A stretch of DNA of 64,000 nucleotides. Source: an uncultured Roseburia sp. GTDB lineage: Bacteria; Bacillota; Clostridia; Lachnospirales; Lachnospiraceae. The DNA lies in the NCBI GenBank assembly GCA_910587865.1, contig CAJUNX010000001.1, positions 81,398 through 145,397 on the forward strand. Direction: 5' to 3'. Of the stretch, positions 17,911 to 28,140 are shown in pieces. Each line of letters starts with the position of its first letter. The stretch's first letter is position 1. The position numbers and the translations under genes were made by a program. Under the pieces are notes generated by a model, which was not told the origin of the DNA, ran no database searches, and saw nothing but the letters and a program-made list of their open reading frames with translations.

Positions 17911-18788
17911 GAGTAGAAGATCTGATCGATGCGATCGGCGCGATTGATCCGGTATATGTGGAGGAAGCGGAAAACCTGGTGAGGGTAAAAGAAAGCCGGC
18001 CCGTTTCACTGTCTCTGCGGGAGAGAATACGGGCGGGGAAAAAGGTGCTGCTGCCCTTAGCGGCCTGCCTGTGCCTGATCGCGGCGGGCAGTGCATACGG
18101 GCTGCTTTGGGACGACGGCATGTTTCGCCGCGATCAGGGGATGCCGGGTGCCGCGGCAGGAGCCGGCGGAGTGGAAGAGAGTGCGGACGCAGGAGTGCAG
18201 GATCAGGCGGCCGGCGGCGGAATGGAAGGGAGCGCGGACGGCATGGCGCCGGAGGCAGGAGCCGGCGGAGTGGAAGAGAGTGCGGACGGGCGGATTGTCA
18301 TCAACGAGGTGGAGGAGCTTTGTTCTGTAAGCATAGATAGGTCGGAGCCGGCATCCGTACAGCGTCTGCGTCCGGAGGAGCTTCATACATATTTCGGAGT
18401 CAGTGTTCTGCCCTCTGAGCTGCCGGAGGGCTATGCTCTGACGGATGTTCCGAAAGAGGGCTGCGAGATCAGCTATGACGGGGACGGCCGCGTGTCAGAC
18501 GATCATATTCTGCTGACATATGAAGGCGCTTCGGACGGAGGATCGTTCACGATATCCGTGCGGACGACGGAATCCGGAAACATTACTTCCTTTGCCGCGG
18601 ACGATCTGGCGGTATCACAGCTTGGCGGAAACGATGTCACAATCGCACATTATATGGAAGGAACCGACGAAAACCAGACGGACGGATATCTTGCGGTTTT
18701 TGAGAAGAAACATGTGATCTTTACCGTGCAGAGCCGCGGGATGGAGGAGGATGATGTTCTTCTGGTGCTGCGGGGACTGCAGGACTGA
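17907..18788 (+). CDS. Probable membrane anti-sigma factor
   Basis: GTGA overlap with the sigma gene. Short cytoplasmic DLIDAIGAIDPVYVEEA segment, one TM (LLPLAACLCLIAAG), repeat linker, extracellular domain. Confidence 0.75.
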   Translation: MRVEDLIDAIGAIDPVYVEEAENLVRVKESRPVSLSLRERIRAGKKVLLPLAACLCLIAAGSAYGLLWDDGMFRRDQGMPGAAAGAGGVEESADAGVQDQAAGGGMEGSADGMAPEAGAGGVEESADGRIVINEVEELCSVSIDRSEPASVQRLRPEELHTYFGVSVLPSELPEGYALTDVPKEGCEISYDGDGRVSDDHILLTYEGASDGGSFTISVRTTESGNITSFAADDLAVSQLGGNDVTIAHYMEGTDENQTDGYLAVFEKKHVIFTVQSRGMEEDDVLLVLRGLQD

Positions 18789-18903
18789 CGTATACTTACG
18801 GTTTTTGGATCAGACACAGTCTTATGGAACGGGGGAGGCATGATGACAGGATTTTCAAACATATAACCTGCATCTATGCCGTTTATAAGCGCCCGGAATA
18901 ATC

Positions 18904-18931
18904 TTGACACAGAAAAAGAAAGTATTATAAT
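18904..18931 (+). promoter_or_regulatory. Sigma-A promoter of ilvE
   Basis: TTGACA-N16-TATAAT. Confidence 0.75.
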
Positions 18932-18967
18932 GTGTTCAGACAGATTCAGAAAGGAATGGTTGTGGAG

Positions 18968-20035
18968 ATGGAGATCAGATTTGTAAAAAAAGACGTGTTG
19001 AAGGAAAAACCGGACTGGAAGCATCTTGGCTTTGGAAAGTATATGACAGACTATATGTTTGTGATGGACTGGACAAAGGAGGAGGGCTGGAAGGATGCAA
19101 GGATTGAGCCGTATGCGCCGATTACGCTGGATCCCGCCTGTGTGACCCTGCACTATGCGCAGGAGACATTCGAGGGCATGAAGGCATATCGGACCGCCGA
19201 GGGAAAGATTCAGCTGTTCCGCCCGGAGATGAATGCAAAGCGTATGATCCGCTCCAATGAACGTCTGTGCATGCCGGGATTTCCGGTCGATATGTTCATC
19301 GAGGCGACGAAAGCACTGGTGAAAGTGGAGGAGGAATGGGTGCCGTACGAGCCGGATACCTCCCTTTACATCCGCCCGTTTATGTTTGCGACGGAGTCCG
19401 CGCTCGGCGTACATATGGCGACGGCTTACAAATTCATGATCATCTGCTGCCCGGTGGGAGCTTACTATGCGGAGGGGATCAATCCGGTAAAGATCCTCGT
19501 CGAGGATGAGCTGGTGCGCGCCGTCAAGGGCGGGACAGGCTTTACGAAGTGCGGCGGCAATTATGCCGGTTCGATTTTGGGCCAGGTAAAGGCGGAGAAG
19601 ATGGGGTATTCCCAGGTGCTCTGGCTGGACGGGGAGCATCGCAGATATGTCGAGGAAGTGGGTACGATGAACATCCTCTTTAAGATCAGCGGTGAGATCT
19701 ATACGGCTCCGGTCGACGAGGGAACGGTGCTTGCCGGCGTGACGAGGGATTCCATGCTCCATATTTTAAAGGACTGGGGTTATAAGGTAAACGAGACCAG
19801 GCTTGCGATCGACGATCTGATGAAGGCGGGCCATGACGGCACGTTAGAGGAGGTATTCGGCACGGGAACGGCGGCTGTGGTGTCTCCGGTCGGAGAACTC
19901 CGTTACAGGGACGACGTGGTGACGATCAATGAGTTTCAGATCGGGGAACTGACGCAGAAGCTCTACGATACCTTAACCGGGATTCAGTGGGGAAAGATCG
20001 AGGATCAATACGGATGGACCGTTCCGGTAGAATAA
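18968..20035 (+). CDS. ilvE: Branched-chain amino acid aminotransferase
   Basis: LHYAQETFEGMKA, LYIRPF, KCGGNY, EEVGTMN and GTGTAAVVSP. Confidence 0.96.
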   Translation: MEIRFVKKDVLKEKPDWKHLGFGKYMTDYMFVMDWTKEEGWKDARIEPYAPITLDPACVTLHYAQETFEGMKAYRTAEGKIQLFRPEMNAKRMIRSNERLCMPGFPVDMFIEATKALVKVEEEWVPYEPDTSLYIRPFMFATESALGVHMATAYKFMIICCPVGAYYAEGINPVKILVEDELVRAVKGGTGFTKCGGNYAGSILGQVKAEKMGYSQVLWLDGEHRRYVEEVGTMNILFKISGEIYTAPVDEGTVLAGVTRDSMLHILKDWGYKVNETRLAIDDLMKAGHDGTLEEVFGTGTAAVVSPVGELRYRDDVVTINEFQIGELTQKLYDTLTGIQWGKIEDQYGWTVPVE

Positions 20036-20047
20036 AAAACAGGATAG

Positions 20048-20082
20048 AAACCGGGAAGCCAGCAGCGGCTTCCCGGTTTTTT
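20048..20082 (+). terminator. Intrinsic terminator after ilvE
   Basis: CCGGGAAGCC-6nt-GGCTTCCCGG followed by T6. Confidence 0.85.
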
Positions 20083-20272
20083 CATCGTCCCGCGCTGACC
20101 GGCCCGGCAATCCGCAGTGTGCGCAAAAGCGTTCTGATCCGGGAAAAAGATGCTGAAATATTCGGGAAACTGTGATAACATGTTACGGTACAGATCGCCT
20201 GCGCGTGATCGGCACGGAAAGAACCGGCGCAGGAACGTTGCGGGGGAGAAGACGGAAAGGAAAAAACGAAAC

Positions 20273-21607
20273 ATGACAGAGAGAGAAATATTATTTGATT
20301 TGCTGCGGAACGGCGTATCGCCCGTACACGCGGTACTGCATTGTGAACGGCGGCTCGCGTCAGCGGGTTTTCGCAGGCTGTATTACGAGGATGCATGGGA
20401 GCTTTCACCGGGCGGTTGTTATTATATGATCCATCATGACACGACGCTGTTTGCGTTTACGGTGGGTGAGACGTGGGATGAGGGCAGCGCGCCGTCCGGC
20501 GCCGCGTCCCGCCGCAGGTCACGGGCGCCGCAGATCCGGCTTGCGGCCGCGCACACGGATTATCCGTGTCTTAAGATCAAACCGTCGCCCGACGTGGCGT
20601 CGAACGGATACGCGCAGGTCAACGTCGAGGTGTACGGCGGCGCGATCTTAAATACCTGGCTGGACCGCCCGCTCGGCGTGGCGGGAAGAATCGCGGTGCG
20701 CAGCGAGGATCCGTTCTGCCCGCAGATCATACCTTACGCGTCGGACCGGAATCTGTTTACAATTCCCAATCTGGCGATCCACATGAACCGCGAGGTGAAC
20801 AAAGGCGTGGAACTGAATAAGCAGGTGGATATGCTGCCGGTTGCGGCGCTGCTTCCAAAGGACGGGAAAGAGGGAGATTTTCTGGCGTTTCTCGCAGAGG
20901 AGCTCTCCATTCGAAAAGAGGATATCCTGGATTATGAACTGACGGTGTACTGCACAGAGGAACCGGAGTTTGTCGGCATAAACGACGATTTTATCTCGTC
21001 GCCGCGCCTGGACAATCTGACATCCTGCTCGGCGCTTGTCTCCGCGCTTCTTAAGGGGCGTCGCAGCGGGGGAATCAATCTGATCGCCCTGTTTGACCAC
21101 GAGGAGGTCGGAAGCAGCACCAAGCAGGGGGCGGGTTCCATTCTCCTGCATGATCTGCTGCTGCGGATGTTAAAAGGACTTGGGAGGGAGAGCAGCGCGC
21201 AGAGCGATCTCTATCAGAGTATGTTTCTCTCGGTGGATGTGGCGCATGGCGTGCATCCGAATCAGGCGGGAAAATCAGATATCACGAATAAACCGGTGCC
21301 GGGAAGGGGAATCTGTATCAAGGAGGCAAGCGCCCAGTCCTACGCGACGGACTGTGAAGCGGTCGCCGTCGTTCAGCAGCTCTGCGAGGCGGGCGGGATT
21401 GCGTATCAGCGGTTTGTCAACCGTTCCGATCAGCCGGGCGGGGGGACGTTAGGGGCGATCGCCTCGGCGCTGCTCCCGGCAAAAACAGTGGATATCGGGG
21501 TTCCGCTGCTCGCGATGCACTCCGCGAGAGAGCTGATGGGCAGCGCGGATCAGGAGGCGCTCGCTGCGCTGGCGAAGAGATTTTTTGAGAGTGAAAGCAG
21601 GCTGTAA
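20273..21607 (+). CDS. M18 family (aspartyl) aminopeptidase
   Basis: AAHTDYP, VEVYGG..TWLDRPL, RLDNL, FDHEEVGS, DVAHGVHPN and LAMHSARE. Confidence 0.92.
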   Translation: MTEREILFDLLRNGVSPVHAVLHCERRLASAGFRRLYYEDAWELSPGGCYYMIHHDTTLFAFTVGETWDEGSAPSGAASRRRSRAPQIRLAAAHTDYPCLKIKPSPDVASNGYAQVNVEVYGGAILNTWLDRPLGVAGRIAVRSEDPFCPQIIPYASDRNLFTIPNLAIHMNREVNKGVELNKQVDMLPVAALLPKDGKEGDFLAFLAEELSIRKEDILDYELTVYCTEEPEFVGINDDFISSPRLDNLTSCSALVSALLKGRRSGGINLIALFDHEEVGSSTKQGAGSILLHDLLLRMLKGLGRESSAQSDLYQSMFLSVDVAHGVHPNQAGKSDITNKPVPGRGICIKEASAQSYATDCEAVAVVQQLCEAGGIAYQRFVNRSDQPGGGTLGAIASALLPAKTVDIGVPLLAMHSARELMGSADQEALAALAKRFFESESRL

Positions 21608-21623
21608 AAATCTGGAGGGGAAA

Positions 21624-22904
21624 TTGAGGAAAAGGGTCTGGATCGGGAAGATCCGCGGGATGTTGTTTCTGTTGTTGGCACTGTCGCTGTTTTCTGCGCC
21701 TCTGGCCGGCTGCGGTCTGCCGGAGGCGTCCGGGAAGCCGTGGATCGGGGAGAATGCCGAAAGCGAGTATGAATCCGGAACGGACGGGGAGACGGGGGAG
21801 GACGGACAGATACCGGTATGCTCCACGGAAGATACGCCCCCGGGCGTCCGGGACGGGGAAGAGGAAACGGATGCGGGACCAGAAGAACCGGAAACGGAGT
21901 CATCGTTTTACGGCTCCGCCGGCCGGTATGTGTATGCCACGCTGGACGGAGAGACACAGAAGGTATATGATGAGATTCTGAATCTGCTCATGACACACGG
22001 GGAGTCCGTGCGGGTGAGCACGCTCGACACCGCCGTGCTCGACGAGGCTTATAAAGCGGTGACTGCGGATTACGGGGAGATTTTCTGGGCCTCCGGATAT
22101 GTTTATACGCAGTACACGAAAGGCAGCGAGAGGATCGGACTTGATTTTGCACCCAGCTATACGGTGACGCAGGAGGAGCGGGAACAGATACAGGCGCGGA
22201 TTGACGGGGAGGTGGACCGGATTCTTGCGGACATTCCCATGGGAGCGTCCGAATATGAGCGGGTCCGGTACGTGTTTGATTATCTCGCGCTTCATGTGGA
22301 TTATGTCGTGGGATGCCCGGAGAATCAGAACATCATCAGTGTCTTTTTATACGGGCAGACGGTGTGCCAGGGGTACGCGAGCGCGACACAGTATCTTTTG
22401 TCCAGGCTCGGGATTCAGTCTGCGGTCGTGACGGGGGAGGCGGAGGGGATCTCTCACGCCTGGAATCTGGTGCGCATGGACGGCGAGTATTATTATGTCG
22501 ATACCACATGGGGCAATTCGGGCTATGCGGGAGAGGAAACGGCTTTGGAGCGGTTTGTCAACTACAATTATTTCGGAGTGACAAGCCAGGATATCGCGCT
22601 GACCCACACGGCAAATGACAATTTTGTTCTGCCGGACTGCACGGCGCAGACGAATAATTATTATGTCCGGGAGAACCGGTATTTTTCAGAATGGGATCCG
22701 GATGCGGTGGGGGCGCTGCTGAAGGAGGGCTATGAGACGGGAGATACCGCGGTTTCGCTGCGTTTTTCCACGATGGAGCTGTACGATCAGTATCTGCAGT
22801 ATATGATCCGGGAGGAGCATATCGCGGATTACTGTACCGGCATTACGTCGGTGTATTATGTGGAGGATGCGCTTCAGCGGGTCCTGATTTTCAGGTTTGT
22901 ATAA
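21624..22904 (+). CDS. Transglutaminase-like (Cys-His-Asp) lipoprotein
   Basis: Lipobox LAGC; triad motifs VCQGYA, HAWN and YVDTTW; TTG start after GGAGGG. Confidence 0.85.
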   Translation: MRKRVWIGKIRGMLFLLLALSLFSAPLAGCGLPEASGKPWIGENAESEYESGTDGETGEDGQIPVCSTEDTPPGVRDGEEETDAGPEEPETESSFYGSAGRYVYATLDGETQKVYDEILNLLMTHGESVRVSTLDTAVLDEAYKAVTADYGEIFWASGYVYTQYTKGSERIGLDFAPSYTVTQEEREQIQARIDGEVDRILADIPMGASEYERVRYVFDYLALHVDYVVGCPENQNIISVFLYGQTVCQGYASATQYLLSRLGIQSAVVTGEAEGISHAWNLVRMDGEYYYVDTTWGNSGYAGEETALERFVNYNYFGVTSQDIALTHTANDNFVLPDCTAQTNNYYVRENRYFSEWDPDAVGALLKEGYETGDTAVSLRFSTMELYDQYLQYMIREEHIADYCTGITSVYYVEDALQRVLIFRFV

Positions 22905-23064
22905 ATAGTTCTGTACAAAGCCATATTTTCATGTTATTATTACGTGGTAATGAAAACTATGTATTGCGGATATTAATAATACATAAAAAGTTTTAGATTG
23001 ACAGATTATAATGTATACAGAATGATACGCGTAAGAAAATAATGAGTATGGAGGCGGAACAACG

Positions 23065-23907
23065 ATGTATAAGATTATCGTGGACAGCTGCGGTGAGCTG
23101 ACCGGGGAACAGAAGCAGGACGGGCATTTTCAGACGATATCGCTTGAGCTTGAGGTGGGCGGTGTGCGGATAGTGGATGACGAGCAGTTTGATCAGGCGG
23201 ATTTTCTGCGCAGAGTGAGGGAGTGTCCGACCTGTCCGAAGTCTTCCTGCCCGTCGCCGGAGCGGTACATGAGCGCGTACGAGGGTGAGGAGGAGCACGT
23301 GTATGCGGTAACGCTTTCCAAAGAACTCAGCGGCTCTTTTGAGAGCGCACAGCTCGGGAAACGGCTCTATGAGGAGGAGCACGGGACAGACAAAAAGAAA
23401 ATCTATGTGTTCAATTCCCGCTCCGCATCCATCGGGGAGACGCTGATCGGGATGAAGCTGCAGGAGCTTGAGGAGGCGGGAAAAAGCTTTGACGAGATTG
23501 TGGAGACGACGGAGCGCTATATCGATTCGATGAATACGTTTTTTGTCCTTGAGACGTTAGAGACGCTGCGCAAAAACGGCCGGCTTTCCAACTTAAAGGC
23601 GCTGATTGCGGGCACGCTGAACATAAAGCCGGTGATGGGCGCGACGAAGGAGGGGCTGATCTGCCAGCTCGGACAGGCGCGCGGTATGACAAAAGCGCTG
23701 GAAAAGATGGTGGCGCAGGTGATTGAAAAGACAAAGAACTGTGAGAAGCGGATGCTTGCGATCTCCCACTGCAACTGTCCGGAGCGTGCGCTTTTTCTTA
23801 AGGAAAAATTAGAGTCGCTCGCGACATTCAAAAAGATTATTATCCTCAATACAGCGGGAGTCAGCAGTATGTATGCGAATGACGGAGGCGTGATTATCGC
23901 GGTATAA
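23065..23907 (+). CDS. DegV family fatty-acid binding protein
   Basis: IIVDSCG, PKSSCPSP, TLSKELSGS, LRKNGRL and LNIKPV. Confidence 0.92.
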   Translation: MYKIIVDSCGELTGEQKQDGHFQTISLELEVGGVRIVDDEQFDQADFLRRVRECPTCPKSSCPSPERYMSAYEGEEEHVYAVTLSKELSGSFESAQLGKRLYEEEHGTDKKKIYVFNSRSASIGETLIGMKLQELEEAGKSFDEIVETTERYIDSMNTFFVLETLETLRKNGRLSNLKALIAGTLNIKPVMGATKEGLICQLGQARGMTKALEKMVAQVIEKTKNCEKRMLAISHCNCPERALFLKEKLESLATFKKIIILNTAGVSSMYANDGGVIIAV

Positions 23908-23986
23908 GGATAGATGAAACCTTTTGTTCAGGGCGCGGACGGTGAAGACATCCGCCGCTCTGAACGGCAGAGGATGAGGAACGGAT

Positions 23987-25462
23987 ATGACATATCGGGA
24001 AGTGACGGAAGAGATTTTGGGAAAGCGGAGATTCGGAAATCTCTTTGGCGTGGAGATCTGGCAGCGCATGTCAGACATGCTTCATAACCCGCAGGAGGGG
24101 ATGAGGCTGATCCATATTGCAGGGACGAACGGCAAGGGTTCCGTCGCTGCTTTTTTGTGCGCCATTCTGCGGGAGGCCGGGATAAAAACAGGACTGTTTA
24201 CCTCGCCGCATCTGGTGGATTTTGAAGAGCGCATCCGTGTGGACGGCCGTATGATCGATCAGGAATCGGTGCGGCGGATCGGGGAACAGCTGCTTTTTAC
24301 GGATTTTAGCGTGCAGCCGACGATGTTTGATTACACGCTGGCAATGGCGTTTCTTTTTTTTAAGGAGCAGAAATGCGAAGCGGTTGTGCTTGAGACGGGA
24401 GTCGGCGGACGGCTTGATTCTACAAATGCAGTCGGTGTGCCGGAGGTTTCGGTCATCACAAAGGTCGGATACGACCATATGGAGGTGCTCGGGCGGACGC
24501 TTGAGGAGATTGCCGCGGAGAAAGCCGGAATATTAAAGGAAGGAACCGCGTTTGTGACGGAGAGCCAGACGCCGGAGGTGTCTGCCGTGCTGCGCAGGGC
24601 CGCGCTGCGTGCCGGCGTGCGCTGTCAGAAGACCGTGGAAAAAAGTGCGATCCGGGATGTGTGCATAAAAGGAGGACGGCAGTGTTTCTCCTACGGGACA
24701 TATGAAAATCTGTCCATGGGGATGCTCGGCGTGCACCAGTGTGAGAACGCGGCTGCCGCGATTCTGGCGGCGGAGCTGTTTTTGGCAGGAGCGCCGGCGG
24801 GAGAGGGCTCTTCTGAGATAGCGTCCGGAGACGCGGGGGGAAAGATTCTGACCGGAGACCGGGGCGAAAAAAGTGCGCCCGGAGGTCCGGACGAAAAAGA
24901 GCCGTCCTGGAGCCGGGGCGAAAAAAGTGCGCCCGGAAGTCCGGACGAAAAAGCTTTGTCCGGGGAGGCGAGAGGACGTCTGACGGAAGAAGAGATCCGC
25001 TCCTGTATCCGGAGCGGCATAAAGCGGGCTCTCTGGCCGGGCAGGCTTGAGATCATGCGGACAGAGCCGTTTCTTCTGGCGGACGGTGCGCATAACAGCT
25101 GCGGCGCCGCGGCGCTTGCGGAGAGTCTCGCCATGCTGTTCCCGGGGGAGAAATTTCACTTTCTGATGGGCGTGATGGCGGACAAGGATTATGAGACGAT
25201 GCTGGATCTGCTGCTGCCGCTGGCGATCGACGTGACGACGGTGACTGTGGAAGGCGGACGCGCGTTAAAGGCCGAAGAACTGGCGCGTCTGATCGAAAAA
25301 AAAGGCGTCCCGGCTTATTGTGCGAAGGATCTTCCCTCCTGCTTATCCGCTGAGCACGGTGATCCCGCGCACAGGACCGTCGCGTTCGGATCCCTCTATT
25401 TTGTCGGGGCGGTCCGCGCGTGGATGAAGCCGGACCGGTGCGGGATATCGTGTGAAAAATGA
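23987..25462 (+). CDS. folC: Folylpolyglutamate synthase/dihydrofolate synthase with internal insertion
   Basis: IHIAGTNGKGS, FTSPHL, ETGVGGRLDSTN, WPGRLE, DGAHN and FGSLY. Confidence 0.93.
   Translation: MTYREVTEEILGKRRFGNLFGVEIWQRMSDMLHNPQEGMRLIHIAGTNGKGSVAAFLCAILREAGIKTGLFTSPHLVDFEERIRVDGRMIDQESVRRIGEQLLFTDFSVQPTMFDYTLAMAFLFFKEQKCEAVVLETGVGGRLDSTNAVGVPEVSVITKVGYDHMEVLGRTLEEIAAEKAGILKEGTAFVTESQTPEVSAVLRRAALRAGVRCQKTVEKSAIRDVCIKGGRQCFSYGTYENLSMGMLGVHQCENAAAAILAAELFLAGAPAGEGSSEIASGDAGGKILTGDRGEKSAPGGPDEKEPSWSRGEKSAPGSPDEKALSGEARGRLTEEEIRSCIRSGIKRALWPGRLEIMRTEPFLLADGAHNSCGAAALAESLAMLFPGEKFHFLMGVMADKDYETMLDLLLPLAIDVTTVTVEGGRALKAEELARLIEKKGVPAYCAKDLPSCLSAEHGDPAHRTVAFGSLYFVGAVRAWMKPDRCGISCEK
24859..24953 (+). 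repeat. 41-bp direct repeat x2 (54-bp period) inside folC
   Basis: CCGGGGCGAAAAAAGTGCGCCCGGARGTCCGGACGAAAAAG at 24859 and 24913. Confidence 0.9.
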
Positions 25463-25644
25463 AAGATTACAAATTCATTACAGATTCCATGGATTATGAC
25501 AAAAATGATACATTTTGACGAATTTTGCTTAATAGATGGTTATTGTGAAAGATTTCGTCTATAATAAAGGGCAGCCGCATAAAATACTCAGGTATAACAG
25601 CGGCTGTCGCATTGTCGTATTTTGGTTTAGAAAGTGTTCCAGGA

Positions 25645-26997
25645 ATGGTATTTAGCAGCTTTTCATTTTTATTCCGGTTTTTACCGGTTTTTTTAATCAT
25701 ATATTATCTCACGCCGGTCAGGTTTAAGAACCTTGTCCTCTTTGCGGGCAGTATCGCCTTTTATACGGTCGGGGAGGCGGAGTATGTGATCCTTCTGGCG
25801 GGATGCGTGCTGGTCAACTATCTGTTCGCGCGTCTGATGTACCGGGATTATATGGAGGGGCGCGGCACAAAGCAGAAGGTTCTGCTGGTTCTGGCGCTCG
25901 TTTACGACTTCGGTCTGCTGTTTTTTTTCAAATACAGCGGTTTTGCAGAAGAGCTTCCGCTCGGGATCAGCTTTTACACGTTTCAGATCGCGGCCTATAT
26001 CATCGATGTCTACCGCGGAAAGGTGCCGGCGGAGAGATCCTTCGTAAAGCTCGGGACGTATCTGACCATGTTTCCGCAGCTGGTCGCAGGGCCGATCATC
26101 AATTATTCCGAGGTGCGGTCAGCGTTAAATCACCGCAGGGTGACGATCGAGCAGTTTGAGGACGGACTGAAGACGCTGATCATAGGACTTGGCGCAAAGG
26201 TGATCATCGCGGACCGCATCGGTCTGCTGTGGAATCATGTCCGCATGATCGGGGTTTCGAGTATCTCCACGCAGCTTGCGTGGATGGGGGCATTTGCTTA
26301 CTCCCTGGAGCTGTATTTTGATTTTGCCGGATATTCGCTGATGGCGCGCGGGCTTGGGAGTATGCTCGGGTTTAAGATTCCCGTCAATTTCAGACATCCG
26401 TACATGGCAAAATCCGTTTCCGAGTTCTGGCGCAGATGGCACATCACGCTCGGCCGCTGGTTCCGGGAGTATGTGTACATACCGCTTGGGGGAAACCGCA
26501 GGGGTCGGGCGAGGACGTTTTTCAATCTGTTTGTGGTGTGGGCGCTCACGGCGCTCTGGCACGGATCGAGCGGCAATTTTCTGATATGGGGAGCGTCGCT
26601 TCTGTGCGCTCTGGCGGCGGAAAAGCTGTTTTTACAGCGTTTTCTTGAGCGGAGCAGAGTGATCGGGCATGTGTATGTGCTGTTTGTGGTTCCGCTGACC
26701 TGGATGGCATTTGCGATTACGGATATCAGGGAGATCTGGATTTATATGACACGGCTGTTTCCGTTTTTCGGGCGGACCGCGGTTGCGGTAAACGCGAGAG
26801 ACTACATTCAGCCGGCGAAGGATTACTGGCCGCTGTTTGCGCTCGGGATCCTTTTTTCGACGCCATTGCCGTCGGAGATCTACCGGAGGATCAGGAGGCG
26901 CTGGGCGGGAAGCATTGCGGTTGCAGTGATTCTGGCGCTCGGCGTGTATTACCTGACGATATCGACGAACAATCCGTTTATGTATTTTAATTTTTAA
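25645..26997 (+). CDS. MBOAT family O-acyltransferase (AlgI/PatA-like)
   Basis: LPLGISFYTFQ, FPQLVAGPI, FDFAGYS, FWRRWHITL, YIPLGGNR, LWHG and NPFMYFNF. Confidence 0.93.
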   Translation: MVFSSFSFLFRFLPVFLIIYYLTPVRFKNLVLFAGSIAFYTVGEAEYVILLAGCVLVNYLFARLMYRDYMEGRGTKQKVLLVLALVYDFGLLFFFKYSGFAEELPLGISFYTFQIAAYIIDVYRGKVPAERSFVKLGTYLTMFPQLVAGPIINYSEVRSALNHRRVTIEQFEDGLKTLIIGLGAKVIIADRIGLLWNHVRMIGVSSISTQLAWMGAFAYSLELYFDFAGYSLMARGLGSMLGFKIPVNFRHPYMAKSVSEFWRRWHITLGRWFREYVYIPLGGNRRGRARTFFNLFVVWALTALWHGSSGNFLIWGASLLCALAAEKLFLQRFLERSRVIGHVYVLFVVPLTWMAFAITDIREIWIYMTRLFPFFGRTAVAVNARDYIQPAKDYWPLFALGILFSTPLPSEIYRRIRRRWAGSIAVAVILALGVYYLTISTNNPFMYFNF

Positions 26998-27013
26998 GTG
27001 TGGTGAGAATCAG

Positions 27014-28051
27014 TTGAAACGATTGGCAAAGTGCCGGGTGACGATATTCCTGCTCGCCGGCTGGGCGGCTTTATCGGTACTCGGCTATATGGGAAGAAAT
27101 GATATTTACAAAGCATACCAGAAGGACGTGCGGACCACGCCTTATTTTGTCATGGTCTTTGAGGGGATCCATGACGGGATCTGGCCGTGGATGATGAGCG
27201 GAACACCATGGAGTCAGCCCGGAGAGCATGTGACGGGGAACGTAAACGGCGGGGATGACGGCCGGCCCGGGCCGGATGCGGGAGGCGTGCCCGAAACGGA
27301 GGCGCTTACGGATCCCGCCGGGACGGAGGCGCCGAATCCTGCGGGCAGTACAGAGTCGGCAGGCGGAACGGCCGGGACGGAAGGAACGGAGACTGCAGGC
27401 GGAACGGCCGGCGCCGGTGAGACGGTCCTGCCGAGGGAATTCGTGCAGGTGGACGAGAGCTGGTTTGACGACGCGGTCTTTATCGGAGATTCGAGGACAG
27501 TGGGGCTCCGCGATTACGGCGGACTTGATACCGCGACCTTTTATGCGACTGTCGGCATGAATGTCTACGATCTGTGGGAGGAGGCGTTCTGTGAGGTTGA
27601 CGGAGAGAAGATGACGCTTGCGGATGCGCTTACGGCAAAACAGTACGGCAAGGTCTATTTCCAGATCGGGATCAATGAGATGGGAACCGGCACGATCGAC
27701 AGCTTCATGCAGGAATATGCGGCCGCGGTGGAGCGGATAAAGGAGCTTCAGCCGAATGCCGTCATCTATGTGCAGGGCATCATGCGCGTGACGCAGAAAA
27801 AATCAGATTCCGATCCGATTTTCAACAACCGGGGAATCCTGCTGCGCAATGAACGGATCGCCCTTCTTGCGGACAATGTGCGCGTGTTTTACATTGACGT
27901 GAATGAGGCCGTGTGCAACGATGCCGGAAACCTGCGGGAGGATCTCACGTTTGACGACCTGCATCTGTACGGATCGAAGTACGGAATCTGGGTGGATTTT
28001 CTGCTGTCGAAGGGGATTGGAGAGATTTCCGGCAGCGGGCAGGCGGAATAA
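27014..28051 (+). CDS. Membrane-anchored SGNH/GDSL hydrolase (O-acyl transfer partner)
   Basis: FIGDSRT, IGINE and DDLHL motifs; N-terminal TM and a G/T/E-rich linker. Confidence 0.85.
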   Translation: MKRLAKCRVTIFLLAGWAALSVLGYMGRNDIYKAYQKDVRTTPYFVMVFEGIHDGIWPWMMSGTPWSQPGEHVTGNVNGGDDGRPGPDAGGVPETEALTDPAGTEAPNPAGSTESAGGTAGTEGTETAGGTAGAGETVLPREFVQVDESWFDDAVFIGDSRTVGLRDYGGLDTATFYATVGMNVYDLWEEAFCEVDGEKMTLADALTAKQYGKVYFQIGINEMGTGTIDSFMQEYAAAVERIKELQPNAVIYVQGIMRVTQKKSDSDPIFNNRGILLRNERIALLADNVRVFYIDVNEAVCNDAGNLREDLTFDDLHLYGSKYGIWVDFLLSKGIGEISGSGQAE

Positions 28052-28074
28052 TTTCAGAGGAAACGGACATACTG
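28046..28074 (+). promoter_or_regulatory. Putative SigG-like promoter upstream of eno
   Basis: GAATA-N17-CATACTG, same layout as the spoVAC promoter. Confidence 0.45.
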
Positions 28075-28140
28075 CTTTTACAGATGCGTGCGGCGCCGGC
28101 AATGCCGGGGCGGCAGGACGCAGGAAAAGGGGGAGCGGTA

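Noticed and set aside
18650..19762. 370-aa minus-strand ORF
   Set aside because: Antisense to ilvE and reflects its codon bias
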